Below are positions 53,743 to 62,683 of a stretch of 64,000 nt of DNA, piece after piece. Source of the DNA: a virus. The position numbers and the translations under genes are program-made. The stretch's first letter is position 1; the number at the start of each line of letters is the position of its first letter. The stretch covers positions 116,815 to 180,814 of the IMG/VR virus record IMGVR_UViG_3300021963_000029; one strand, written 5' to 3'. The notes beneath the pieces were generated by a model that was not told where the DNA came from, ran no database searches, and saw only the letters and a list, made by a program, of their open reading frames with translations.

Positions 53743-53848
53743 CCTTCATTTCCTCTGCTGCTAATTTAAGTATACTGTAAATGATGTAAGCTGTTCCAGT
53801 TAGACCAGTGCCAAGAATTATAAGTACTCCCCAGGGAAACTCATTCAT
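53723..53848 (-). CDS. 41-aa membrane peptide
   Basis: MNEFPWGVLIILGTGLTGTAYIIYSILKLAAEEMKDEPPSH. Confidence 0.55.
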   Translation of the reverse strand: MNEFPWGVLIILGTGLTGTAYIIYSILKLAAEEMKDEPPSH

Positions 53849-53954
53849 CTTCTTCATCTTCATATGTGGATGGTTCTTCAAAAAGTTCATCCATTTTTTG
53901 ATTTAATATTCTTTTTTGTAGGTTTTGTATATCTTCTTCTGTAAGAGATATCAT
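53841..53954 (-). CDS. 37-aa acidic peptide
   Basis: MISLTEEDIQNLQKRILNQKMDELFEEPSTYEDEEDE. Confidence 0.5.
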   Translation of the reverse strand: MISLTEEDIQNLQKRILNQKMDELFEEPSTYEDEEDE

Positions 53955-54130
53955 TTGTCCTTAAGTAGTTCTTCTAATCTTTGACGCATATTTATGCTTT
54001 CCTGTTTCATATAGTCTCTAAGGGAATATCCTTTTTGACCTTTCATAATACAGGTGCCTTGATAAAACATCGTGGCAGCAAATACTAAAAGGAAAACAAT
54101 ACCAATTATTTCAGGGTAATGTTGAGCCAT
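53951..54130 (-). CDS. Small membrane protein
   Basis: ..EIIGIVFLLVFAATMFYQG.. Confidence 0.55.
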   Translation of the reverse strand: MAQHYPEIIGIVFLLVFAATMFYQGTCIMKGQKGYSLRDYMKQESINMRQRLEELLKDK

Positions 54131-54312
54131 GGTAGTACAGGGGGAATAACCCCAATGAGTCTTAAAAGTCCTTCTGCAAATAATGCTAGAACAACCCAAC
54201 CCACACACATACTAATTATACTAGCATTTCTATTGTGTTTTCTTATAGCAGCATCAATCATTTCTTGACACTCTCTATATGTAACCAGATGTTCTGGATT
54301 TAATTGTGTCAT
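54106..54312 (-). CDS. Small membrane protein
   Basis: ..IDAAIRKHNRNASIISMCVGWVVLALFAEGLLRL.. Confidence 0.6.
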   Translation of the reverse strand: MTQLNPEHLVTYRECQEMIDAAIRKHNRNASIISMCVGWVVLALFAEGLLRLIGVIPPVLPWLNITLK

Positions 54313-54470
54313 CCTATGTGCCATTTTAAGTCTCCCCAAAATTTATCCATAGGATCAACTCCAGTTTTTACAACTTCACAAGCTCTTTTATAAAACATAT
54401 TGTCTGTATTACCAGACTCTTCAAAGGTTTTTTTAATTTTCACCCAATTTTCATAGGTGTGCTTGTCCAT
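54309..54470 (-). CDS. Small hypothetical protein (53 aa)
   Basis: MDKHTYENWVKIKKTFEESGNTDNMFYKRAC..GVDP. Confidence 0.6.
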   Translation of the reverse strand: MDKHTYENWVKIKKTFEESGNTDNMFYKRACEVVKTGVDPMDKFWGDLKWHIG

Positions 54471-54536
54471 TTGATTTAGACATAGTACTACTATATACTA
54501 GTCAGGAATTTTCAGTTGTCAGGTTATGTGTGTATT

Positions 54537-54692
54537 TCAAAACTTTTTAAGATGATCCTCTAGTCTATGCAACAGTTTTTCCATCTTGGGCATATCAGGC
54601 ACTTCAAGATTTGAGACATAGAGATACTCATCTAATGCAATGGTGAGCAGTTCAATATCTCCTTTGGAAAGAGTTGGGGATTCCCAGGTCAT
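54537..54692 (-). CDS. Small hypothetical protein (51 aa)
   Basis: MTWESPTLSKGDIELLTIALDEYL..; ATGA-coupled. Confidence 0.5.
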   Translation of the reverse strand: MTWESPTLSKGDIELLTIALDEYLYVSNLEVPDMPKMEKLLHRLEDHLKKF

Positions 54693-54940
54693 CTAATTTC
54701 AAACTCCAGTTTTCTAACTTTACGATTTTTTCTTGATTCTTGGAAAGCAAGATCTTCTCTACTTAATACAGAGTTACTTTCCTTCTTTAGTATATTACTG
54801 ACTATCTCCACCTTTGTCAAGTCAATAGCAGTAATAGTTTCACCTTTAATAGACGTTAAATTATCACACCCACAACATCTAGTTTGTGATGGGTGTGATT
54901 CTAATATTGAATTGCAATTTTTGCATCTTATTTTTAACAT
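54689..54940 (-). CDS. Zn-ribbon-like hypothetical protein
   Basis: CKNC..CCGC motif. Confidence 0.75.
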   Translation of the reverse strand: MLKIRCKNCNSILESHPSQTRCCGCDNLTSIKGETITAIDLTKVEIVSNILKKESNSVLSREDLAFQESRKNRKVRKLEFEIR

Positions 54941-54958
54941 GGTCTTACATAAGTAGCA

Positions 54959-55029
54959 AGCGGGTAAGGGGATTCGAACCCCTGACTACAACTTGGAAGG
55001 ATGGTATGTTACCACTACACCATACCCGC
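54959..55029 (-). tRNA. trnG: tRNA-Gly(UCC)
   Basis: GCGGGTA/TACCCGC-T acceptor, CT-TCC-AA loop, AGGGG-TTCGAAT-CCCCT T arm; anticodon stem has two mismatches. Confidence 0.85.
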
Positions 55030-55067
55030 ATATTTAAGGAGGTAGGGGAGTTATCTCCCCCAAGGAC

Positions 55068-55730
55068 TCAAACCTCCACTGTAACTAGACGATTAGCATA
55101 TTCATAGGCATAGTTTGTTCTAGCACCATGAATACCCCAACCAATCCAGCTATAAGCATAATCCATATATCTGTCAATGGATTTTCCAGGGACTTTCATC
55201 CTATCTTCTATTCTCTTCCATTGGACTTCATTTGTCAAGTATTTAAGTTGGGTTTGCATTTCAGATGGATTGCCACCATATCTTTTAGCAAAATCACCCA
55301 ATCCATAATACCTATTGGCAGATGTCCATTGAATCAGACCATAACCACGCCAGCAGTTATGATAACTGGTTCTGCTACCACCTTCACAAACATTAGGCAC
55401 AAACATAGATTCCTGCTTAATGTTGCCCATGATAGTAGCAAGGGCATTTCTGTCTTTGATTCCTTGGTCCTGAAAAAATTGCAGGGCAAGGTTTTCATGT
55501 TCTGAACACCCTTTACAAATTAGCCTTTTCTCTTTTGGCTTTGGTAGTGCAACCTCTCGGATTGCTGTCTTCTTTTCATCTACAAGATCAAACTCTTTAA
55601 TAATAGAATAAGGTTTTGTTTCCACTGGAGGTGGAGGACCTTGCATCTTGTAGTTTAGGAATGGCAGTGATGCCGTACTGGTTGTAACCGTTGCCAAGAG
55701 AGGCAGGGCTACTGTAAAGATTGATTGCAT
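55068..55730 (-). CDS. Phage tail lysozyme-type cell-wall hydrolase with N-terminal signal/anchor
   Basis: ALATIMGNIKQES..GYGLIQWT..QLKYL. Confidence 0.82.
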   Translation of the reverse strand: MQSIFTVALPLLATVTTSTASLPFLNYKMQGPPPPVETKPYSIIKEFDLVDEKKTAIREVALPKPKEKRLICKGCSEHENLALQFFQDQGIKDRNALATIMGNIKQESMFVPNVCEGGSRTSYHNCWRGYGLIQWTSANRYYGLGDFAKRYGGNPSEMQTQLKYLTNEVQWKRIEDRMKVPGKSIDRYMDYAYSWIGWGIHGARTNYAYEYANRLVTVEV

Positions 55731-55732
55731 TT

Positions 55733-55855
55733 AAATTGATTGAACTCTACATCCTAATAGAGAAAGCGCACTTCCCCTTTCTCAAGGGGCAATCTCCTAG
55801 GCTCTAATATCATTGTCAATGACTAATGACAAAACCATAATATCAGTCTATTTAG
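55733..55855 (-). ncRNA. Structured leader RNA behind late promoter CTAAATA (55849-55855)
   Basis: TTGTCA/TGACAA stem; CCCCTT-GAGA-AAGGGG GNRA hairpin; AGAG/CTCT and CCTA/TAGG flanking stems. Confidence 0.5.
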
Positions 55856-55861
55856 GACTTG

Positions 55862-56047
55862 TCAATATTGGTCCAAATAATCCAAAGACAATACTTCAAT
55901 GTCTTCTTTCTGAATGACCCAATCTCTAATTTCATCATAGAGTGCTTGAGCATCCTTTGATCTACCTTCTGCACAAAGATCATGCATTCTATCAATGATA
56001 TCATCAACACCCTTTTGACAAAGATCCTTCATTTGAGTTGGGGTCAT
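55862..56047 (-). CDS. Small acidic hypothetical protein
   Basis: MTPTQMKDLCQ..; downstream of promoter 56085-56113. Confidence 0.6.
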   Translation of the reverse strand: MTPTQMKDLCQKGVDDIIDRMHDLCAEGRSKDAQALYDEIRDWVIQKEDIEVLSLDYLDQY

Positions 56048-56462
56048 AATAATCTTTCCTAAAGTACCTGGATAGAATGTTGCTATTATAGTACTTGGGG
56101 ATACCAATGTCAAGGGATTCAGTCAGTACATTATTCAAGAACAGTTGTCTTGTCTCTTCGTAATTGCACTTTCCTTTTGTTTTATGGAGGCTAAGTATGC
56201 TTCTGTTGCAGGATGACTTGCCCCATTTGTCAACATCCTCTTTGAGTTCTGGACAGGATCCATAATACTTTTTCCAGTCAGACTCTGACTTAACCTTTCT
56301 AGATTTTCCTCTTGGTGTGCGGTATGACCAGAAATACTTTCTACCAATATAGTCACGATTAGTTGGATTGCAGTGTATAAGATAAACAAAACCAAAATAA
56401 TCTTGAATATGATCTGTATCAAATACTTCCCCATTGTACATCCAAGGGTTATCGTAGCTCAT
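56004..56462 (-). CDS. GIY-YIG-like endonuclease (conserved T4-like)
   Basis: YFGFVYLI..RDYIGRKYFW..WKKYYGS..NYEE. Confidence 0.8.
   Translation of the reverse strand: MSYDNPWMYNGEVFDTDHIQDYFGFVYLIHCNPTNRDYIGRKYFWSYRTPRGKSRKVKSESDWKKYYGSCPELKEDVDKWGKSSCNRSILSLHKTKGKCNYEETRQLFLNNVLTESLDIGIPKYYNSNILSRYFRKDYYDPNSNEGSLSKGC
56085..56113 (-). promoter_or_regulatory. Consensus sigma70 promoter inside the endonuclease 3' end
   Basis: TTGACA-17nt-TATAAT. Confidence 0.75.
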
Positions 56463-56512
56463 ATATCTCATAGTATAATGAGCTATTATTTATCTTGAAC
56501 CCTTACAGAGTT

Positions 56513-56541
56513 ATTCTATTTACTTTCTGAGTTCTTGTCAA
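56513..56541 (-). promoter_or_regulatory. Sigma70 promoter (late ATAAATA also at 56487-56493)
   Basis: TTGACA-17nt-TAGAAT. Confidence 0.7.
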
Positions 56542-56659
56542 CTCCAGATTTCTTCTCTCTGATCTTGGCAATCAGGGCATTGAGCTTCTCCCTCTTGGCA
56601 ACCTGAGAGGGTTTCCTGCCCTTCCTAGGACCCTCTGGAGGGGTTAACTCCTCATTCAT
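56516..56659 (-). CDS. Small basic protein (47 aa)
   Basis: MNEELTPPEGPRKGRKPSQVAKREKLNALIAKIREKKSGVDKNSESK; ATGA-coupled. Confidence 0.5.
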   Translation of the reverse strand: MNEELTPPEGPRKGRKPSQVAKREKLNALIAKIREKKSGVDKNSESK

Positions 56660-57606
56660 CTCTCTACCCCATATCTTCTGTCAGACTTAGAGGTATCCAT
56701 TCTCTCCTTTGCTTGCTTAGTAGCAGTAGCATACATTACTTCTTTTGCTCTCTTGCCATATCTTTCTTTGAACCCAGCAGCAGACTTCTTCATTCCCTTC
56801 ACAAGTCTTTCCTTCTCTGCTTTTTCTGTAGGATCAAGTGCTCTTTCATCTAGGTGATCTGCAGCCCTATATCCTTTGTGACCTGCTTTATAATTTTGAT
56901 ATGCTTTTGTATTTGCTTTTTTATCAGCATTTGTTACTACCATTCTGTCATCTTTTGGTTCCTTCTTCTCTCCACCATAAACTGCTTCACCAACACAGTT
57001 AGGAACTTCCTTTCCACCCTTCATTTTAGTAGGAGGATTGCCAAGTTTCTTGCCAGTCCAGCACTTACTTGCACCAACATTCTTTCTTGCTTGTCTGATA
57101 CCTTCAATGATTTGATCTAGTTCCTCTACATTAAGAGTCTTAGGATATCCCTTTTCTCCTGGTCTAGCAGGTCTTTCTCCACGCTTTCTCTTATCATGAA
57201 TGTTATCCCAAAGACCTCTCTTCTCTTCTAAGTCTTCAGAAGATTCTCTGATCTTCTTTTTATTTTTTACTTCCTTTGCTTTGGCAAGAGTTCTTTCTCT
57301 TGCTGCTTCTCTTTCTTTTTGGGGAATTTCAAATCCTTTAATATCCATAGTTCCTTCATCAACTAGATCACCATCTAGTTCAACAGAGTCTGCCATCCCA
57401 TGAATATGCTTACCTCTTGACTTCTTATCTTCTCTTTCAGCAGATCTTGCCTCAGATCCTGCATACTTAGATGCAACCTTAGGATCCATTCTGCTTGCTT
57501 TTTTATCAGCAACCTCTGCTCTTCTCAATGCTCTTTCTTCTGGATCCATTCTTTCATCCAGTTGATTCTCATAAATTGCTAGATAAGCTTCTCTTAGATC
57601 TTTCAT
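56656..57606 (-). CDS. Highly charged late protein, putative internal head/core protein
   Basis: K/R/E-rich modules; TATAAATA at 57628-57635; recurrent [ILV]-X-E sites. Confidence 0.6.
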   Translation of the reverse strand: MKDLREAYLAIYENQLDERMDPEERALRRAEVADKKASRMDPKVASKYAGSEARSAEREDKKSRGKHIHGMADSVELDGDLVDEGTMDIKGFEIPQKEREAARERTLAKAKEVKNKKKIRESSEDLEEKRGLWDNIHDKRKRGERPARPGEKGYPKTLNVEELDQIIEGIRQARKNVGASKCWTGKKLGNPPTKMKGGKEVPNCVGEAVYGGEKKEPKDDRMVVTNADKKANTKAYQNYKAGHKGYRAADHLDERALDPTEKAEKERLVKGMKKSAAGFKERYGKRAKEVMYATATKQAKERMDTSKSDRRYGVER

Positions 57607-57627
57607 GACGCACAAAGACTTTTCAAC

Positions 57628-57658
57628 TATTTATAAAAAAAGAGGGGCATAACCCCTC
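57628..57658 (-). terminator. nrdB terminator with overlapping late promoter
   Basis: GAGGGG-TTATG-CCCCTC-T7 running into TATAAATA. Confidence 0.8.
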
Positions 57659-58835
57659 AGAGTTGGAAACCAGCAAAGGTATCCTTCTTTACATCTTGTT
57701 TGATTCCACCAACAACATAGGATTCAACTTCTGTTTCTTGTGGTGCAACCTGTAGTCCCTTAGAAGAAATCCAGTGTTCAGTCCAAGGAAGAGGGTTATT
57801 CTTTGCAGGAATATCATAAATTGGTTTAAGTCCAATAGCACGCATTCTTCTATTAGCAATCCACTCAACATAACTGTTAAGCAGTTTGTCATTCAGACCA
57901 ATCATAGATCCATCCTTGAACAGATACTGTGCCCAGGACTTCTCTTGATCTACACAATTTTTAAATGCACTGGTTACCCAATCTTGCTCTTCTTTAGCAA
58001 TTTGCTGCATCTCTGGATCATCCCCTTCATTCCACTTATTGAGGATGTTTTGAGTAATGACAAGGTGCTGATTTTCATCTCTGGCGATGAGAGAGATAAT
58101 TTTAGCGGATCCTTCCATAAGTTTGAGTTCACCAAATGCAAAGCTGCAAGCGAACGAGACATAAAACCTGATACCTTCGAGAATGTTGACATTGGCAATT
58201 GCTCTGTAAAGTTTCCTCTTTAATTCAATTCTTTCTTCCCTTGCAAAACCTGCACCTTCTTGTGCATACAACCAAGCATTAGATGTTCCATACTGCTGTG
58301 CAGAGTTGATGAAATCATCATATGCACCAGTGACAGAAGATGCTCTTTCAAGAATCCTTTCGTTATTTAAGATAGTATCAAATACTTCTGTAGGATCAGA
58401 GTAAACATTCTTAATGATATAAGTATAGGATCTGGAGTGAATCATCTCCATGAACTCCCATACAGTCATACATGCTTCCAGTTCAGGAAGAGAACAGTAT
58501 GGAATGAATGCCATACCAGGACCTCTTCCTTGAACTGAATCAAGAAGGATTTGGTACTTTAGATTGGATGTAAAGATGTGCTTTTGTTCAGGTCTTAGAG
58601 TCTGATAATCAGCACGATCTTTCTGGAGAGAAACCTCTTCAGGTCTCCAAAAATAACCCAGTTGCTGTTGAGTCAGTTTATCAAAGACAGGATACTTATA
58701 TTGATCATACCTTTGAACACCAAGAGGGTTTCCAAAAAACATAGGTTGCTTTTTGAAATCCACAGGGGATGTATTGAATACTGTCATACCTTGGATGTTC
58801 TCTTCTGAATTGACTCTAAATTTTGCAACTGTCAC
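57657..58835 (-). CDS. nrdB: Class Ia ribonucleotide reductase beta subunit
   Basis: FWRPEEV..LLDSVQ..EMIHSRSY..LEGIRFY..ARDENQH..APQETE. Confidence 0.97.
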   Translation of the reverse strand: MTVAKFRVNSEENIQGMTVFNTSPVDFKKQPMFFGNPLGVQRYDQYKYPVFDKLTQQQLGYFWRPEEVSLQKDRADYQTLRPEQKHIFTSNLKYQILLDSVQGRGPGMAFIPYCSLPELEACMTVWEFMEMIHSRSYTYIIKNVYSDPTEVFDTILNNERILERASSVTGAYDDFINSAQQYGTSNAWLYAQEGAGFAREERIELKRKLYRAIANVNILEGIRFYVSFACSFAFGELKLMEGSAKIISLIARDENQHLVITQNILNKWNEGDDPEMQQIAKEEQDWVTSAFKNCVDQEKSWAQYLFKDGSMIGLNDKLLNSYVEWIANRRMRAIGLKPIYDIPAKNNPLPWTEHWISSKGLQVAPQETEVESYVVGGIKQDVKKDTFAGFQL

Positions 58836-61116
58836 AGTCTTCCTCTCCTTTTGAACTTAAGATTTCTTCAATTAAATCATTGATATTTTGTGATGGTTCC
58901 TTAATTTCATCTGTCTTATTATCATAAGTGTTTTGATAATAAGAAGTTTTCCATCCATACTTATATGTATTGAGAAGATCTTGTGCCATTACTGACACAG
59001 GAACTTCATTATTTTCGTAATTCTCTGGATTATAGGACCAGTTTCCAGAAATCGCTTGATCAAAGAACTTTTGCATAACTGCAACAATATTAATATACCC
59101 AGTATTGCTAGGCATATCCCAAAGGAGCGTGTAATTGTTCTTAAGTGCTTGGTACTGTGGAACAATTTGCTTAAGGGGTCCTTTCTTGCTCTTTTTAATA
59201 GACAAGAATCCTCTAGGTGGTTCGATTCCATTGGTTGCATTTGACACAACGGAACTGCTCTCTGAAGGCATCTGTGCCGACAATGTGCTATGTCTAAGTC
59301 CATGTGCCTGAATCTCGGCACGTAAAGTCTCCCAATCATGCTGGTATGGAATTGAAGTTAGTTCATCTACATCCTTTTTGTATGTATCAATAGGCAAAAT
59401 ACCATCAGCATACTTAGTCCTTGAGAAATATTCACAAGCACCTTTTTCTTTAGCAACCTGATTAGATGCCTTAAGCAGATAATATTGGAATGACTCAGAC
59501 AGTCCATGAACTGCATCCCATGCCTCTTGAGAATCATATCTGAATCCAAGTTTGGCAAGATAGTGTGCAAGTCCAATATAACCAATACCTAGGGATCTAC
59601 GTGCCTTTGTAGATTTCTCTGCAGCAATGACAGGATAGTCCTGATAATCAATCAGTTCTTCCAAACCTCTTACAGACAGTTCACAAAGTTCTTCAAACTC
59701 TTCATCATCCTTGACCTTACCTACATTAACTGCAGACAGAATACAAAGGGCAATCTCACCATCAGGATCATCAATATGATTCAATGGTTTTGTTGGAAGA
59801 GTAATTTCTTGACACAGATTGCTCATCTCAATCTTATCCTTAAAGGAAGAGTGAGAGTTGCAATGGTCAATATTCATGATGTAGATTCTACCAGTTTCTG
59901 CTCTCTCTTTCAAGAGTGCCAGAAATAGTTCTTGACCCCCAATAGTTTTTCTTGGAATAGACTCATTTCGTTCTGCATCCAGATAAAGGTCGTCAAATCC
60001 ATCAAGCCCAAAATTAGCACTAAGCTCAGGAACATCATGTGGGCTGAAGAGTGAAATGTCTTGGTTCTTAATGAATCTTTCATAGAAGAGTTTGCTGATT
60101 TGAATTGAGTAATCTAGTTTTCTAACTCTATTGTCTTCTGTTCCTTTGTTGTTCTTAAGTACAATAATATCTTCTATCTCTTTGTGCCAGATTGGAAAGT
60201 GGACAGTAGCACTTCCACCACGAATCCCATTCTGTGTACAGCATCTAACAGTTGCTTCAAACTTTTTGAGGAATGGGACAACCCCTGTATGAGCAACTTC
60301 TCCCCCTCTGATCTTAGAGTTGATTGCACGGATTTTGCCTGCATTGATACCAATTCCTGCTCTTTGAGCAACATACCTACCAATTGCCATATCAGAACTG
60401 AAGATGCTGTCAAGGGAGTCATCAACATCAACAAGAACACAACTTGCAAATTGACGAAGTGGGGTTCTAACACCTGCCATGATTGGTGTAGGAATGTTGA
60501 TTTTGTGCTTTGAGATTGCATCATAGTATCTCTTTACATAGGAGAGTCTAGTTTCTTTTGGATACTTAGCAAAAATAGTTGCAGCAATCAACATGTACAT
60601 AAACTGTGGAGTCTCATAGACCTTTCCACTGCTTCTATCTTGTACAAGATATTTGTCTACTACTTGTCTGAGTCCAGCATAAGTGAATAGATAATCACGA
60701 TTATGGTTGATATGATGACCCAGTTTATTGAGTTCATCCTCACTATAGTTAGTCAAAATATCAGGATCATAAACACCTAGATTGACACAATTATTAACAT
60801 GGTCAAACAGTGATGGATGATCTTGAACTCTACCATAAAGAGACTTCCTTACAGCAAACAAAAGAAGTCTTGCTGCTACAAATTGATAGTTAGGATTATC
60901 AAGATCAATTAGATCTGATGCAGACCTAATCAAAATCTCTTGGATCTCTGCAGTGGTAATACCATCATAAAACTGAATACCAGAATGCATCTCAATCTGA
61001 GATGCAGATACACCAGCAATATCTTTACATGCTTCTTCTACCATCAGATGAAGCTTATTCAGATCCAGTGCCTCAATAGATCCATTTCTCTTAACTACTT
61101 TTGTTCCGTTGCTCAT
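58816..61116 (-). CDS. nrdA: Class Ia ribonucleotide reductase alpha subunit with ATP cone
   Basis: VVKRNG ATP cone, TPIMAG..QFASC, SNLCQEI, ALCILS, AQMPSESSS, WKTSYY; no intein. Confidence 0.98.
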   Translation of the reverse strand: MSNGTKVVKRNGSIEALDLNKLHLMVEEACKDIAGVSASQIEMHSGIQFYDGITTAEIQEILIRSASDLIDLDNPNYQFVAARLLLFAVRKSLYGRVQDHPSLFDHVNNCVNLGVYDPDILTNYSEDELNKLGHHINHNRDYLFTYAGLRQVVDKYLVQDRSSGKVYETPQFMYMLIAATIFAKYPKETRLSYVKRYYDAISKHKINIPTPIMAGVRTPLRQFASCVLVDVDDSLDSIFSSDMAIGRYVAQRAGIGINAGKIRAINSKIRGGEVAHTGVVPFLKKFEATVRCCTQNGIRGGSATVHFPIWHKEIEDIIVLKNNKGTEDNRVRKLDYSIQISKLFYERFIKNQDISLFSPHDVPELSANFGLDGFDDLYLDAERNESIPRKTIGGQELFLALLKERAETGRIYIMNIDHCNSHSSFKDKIEMSNLCQEITLPTKPLNHIDDPDGEIALCILSAVNVGKVKDDEEFEELCELSVRGLEELIDYQDYPVIAAEKSTKARRSLGIGYIGLAHYLAKLGFRYDSQEAWDAVHGLSESFQYYLLKASNQVAKEKGACEYFSRTKYADGILPIDTYKKDVDELTSIPYQHDWETLRAEIQAHGLRHSTLSAQMPSESSSVVSNATNGIEPPRGFLSIKKSKKGPLKQIVPQYQALKNNYTLLWDMPSNTGYINIVAVMQKFFDQAISGNWSYNPENYENNEVPVSVMAQDLLNTYKYGWKTSYYQNTYDNKTDEIKEPSQNINDLIEEILSSKGEEDCDSCKI

Positions 61117-62141
61117 ACTCGTTTCCAACTAATAAGTTTTGTTTTTGCTTCTAGACCAGAATAGGTATTAGATTCTAGCAGATGATTTACATCATGTCCA
61201 GACAACACCATGTCATTAATATCTTTTTCTTTTATATCTTGTGGCCAAATAACTACAGGAAATTTCAAATCAATTGCCTTTTGGATCCTATCTACAATCT
61301 GTTTATTTCTCTTTTCATTATCATAGACCATCACAAAATCAACTTCAAAATTTGAGATAAAAAACATCCTATCAATATCAGCACCTACCATGGCAATGGC
61401 ATTGTCTAGGAACATACTATCAAATGGACCCTCTGTAATGTATACAGTCTTGTCCCAATCAACCCTATCTAATCCATATATTTTTGGATGGTGCTCATCT
61501 AGGATAATTGTAATGTATTTAATTTTTGATTTTGCATTTAAACTACGACCTTGAAACCCAAATAGTTTCCCATGGTTGATGAGTGGGATGATGATCCTTG
61601 GTTCATCTTGGTCTGTAGAATCAAATGTATGCTTTTGCTGGTTAGTCCAGTCTTTAAACTTTTCACAATAATATAGTTGATCATAAAACTTTTTTGGAAT
61701 TTGCCTCTGATCTACATACTGTCTTGCTGGATGTGTAATATTTAGATCTGCCAGGGTAGGTAAGTCTACAATTTTCAGAGTTTCAGAATTTTCAGATTTC
61801 TTGAAAAACTTTGGTTCCTGAAAATTCCAGTCTGGGTCTGCAGTGTTGGATCCTTTACCAGTCAATCCATTCTTATATCTTTCCATCACATACTGATCGT
61901 ACAGTGTGGTATCAAGATCCTTTAAAAAATGGGTAAATGACTTTGACACTCCACAGTTATGACACTTGAAGTTATGATCATTTTTAAATTTATAGATGTA
62001 CCCTCTTGCCTTATTCTTATGCCTCTGAGAATCTCCACAATAAGGACATCTAAAATTATATAAACCTGTCTTCTTCTGTGAGAACTTTTGCAATCTAGAA
62101 GAAACTAATCCAATATATTTGGAATCAACAATACTCATCAC
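61113..62141 (-). CDS. gp61: DNA primase gp61
   Basis: RCPYCGDS..CHNC Zn finger; YITEGPFDS TOPRIM; YDNE; KDIND. Confidence 0.96.
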   Translation of the reverse strand: MMSIVDSKYIGLVSSRLQKFSQKKTGLYNFRCPYCGDSQRHKNKARGYIYKFKNDHNFKCHNCGVSKSFTHFLKDLDTTLYDQYVMERYKNGLTGKGSNTADPDWNFQEPKFFKKSENSETLKIVDLPTLADLNITHPARQYVDQRQIPKKFYDQLYYCEKFKDWTNQQKHTFDSTDQDEPRIIIPLINHGKLFGFQGRSLNAKSKIKYITIILDEHHPKIYGLDRVDWDKTVYITEGPFDSMFLDNAIAMVGADIDRMFFISNFEVDFVMVYDNEKRNKQIVDRIQKAIDLKFPVVIWPQDIKEKDINDMVLSGHDVNHLLESNTYSGLEAKTKLISWKRV

Positions 62142-62153
62142 AAAAGAAAGGTA

Positions 62154-62510
62154 CTACTTTGTCCTTTCCATCATAGGAGTTTGGGTGGGTCCTGTCAATA
62201 GTCTTGGACCAAATGCATTGATAACACCTACTAATGCAAGGATTACTGCTGCTACTCCACCTGCTTTCCATCTAAACTTATACAGGTCATCTATCTTAAC
62301 TTCTATATCATTTACTTTTGCACAAATATCATCATCTGCTTTAGATTGGACAGTAATTCTCTCATCATGCACTGCCAACATCTTACAGATATTTTGATTT
62401 GTTTCGCTCAAAGTTTGGATTGCAGTATCAACCTTGTCAATAATCTGCTCATGGGCTTTGAATCTTTCTTGCAGTACCGCAAGTTCTATTTTATTATCCT
62501 GTCCGAACAT
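62154..62510 (-). CDS. Coiled-coil protein with C-terminal TM helix
   Basis: Heptads then WKAGGVAAVILALVGVI. Confidence 0.7.
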   Translation of the reverse strand: MFGQDNKIELAVLQERFKAHEQIIDKVDTAIQTLSETNQNICKMLAVHDERITVQSKADDDICAKVNDIEVKIDDLYKFRWKAGGVAAVILALVGVINAFGPRLLTGPTQTPMMERTK

Positions 62511-62680
62511 TACTTTTTCTTCCTTAGTAACTCTCTAAAGAAGTAAGGAATTTTCTTATACTTTTTTAATCTCAAATCAACTGGAGGTTCATCAGGTGGT
62601 AATCCTGCTAACCCACCACCAGTGGCGGTCATATCTTCTCTGATAATATTTATTATCTTGTCTAATTTAGAAGGTTCCAT
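62510..62680 (-). CDS. Small hypothetical protein (56 aa)
   Basis: MEPSKLDKIINIIREDMTATGGGLAGLPPDEPPV..; TAATG-coupled. Confidence 0.6.
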   Translation of the reverse strand: MEPSKLDKIINIIREDMTATGGGLAGLPPDEPPVDLRLKKYKKIPYFFRELLRKKK

Positions 62681-62683
62681 GTT

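Noticed and set aside
56004-56462. GIY-YIG gene as a mobile homing endonuclease or mobile element
   Set aside because: Short, lacks an obvious DNA-binding extension and interrupts no gene; looks like a conserved T4-like nuclease
57657-61116. Inteins or introns in nrdA/nrdB (also checked thyX and gp61)
   Set aside because: Lengths and motif spacing are normal; no insertion seen
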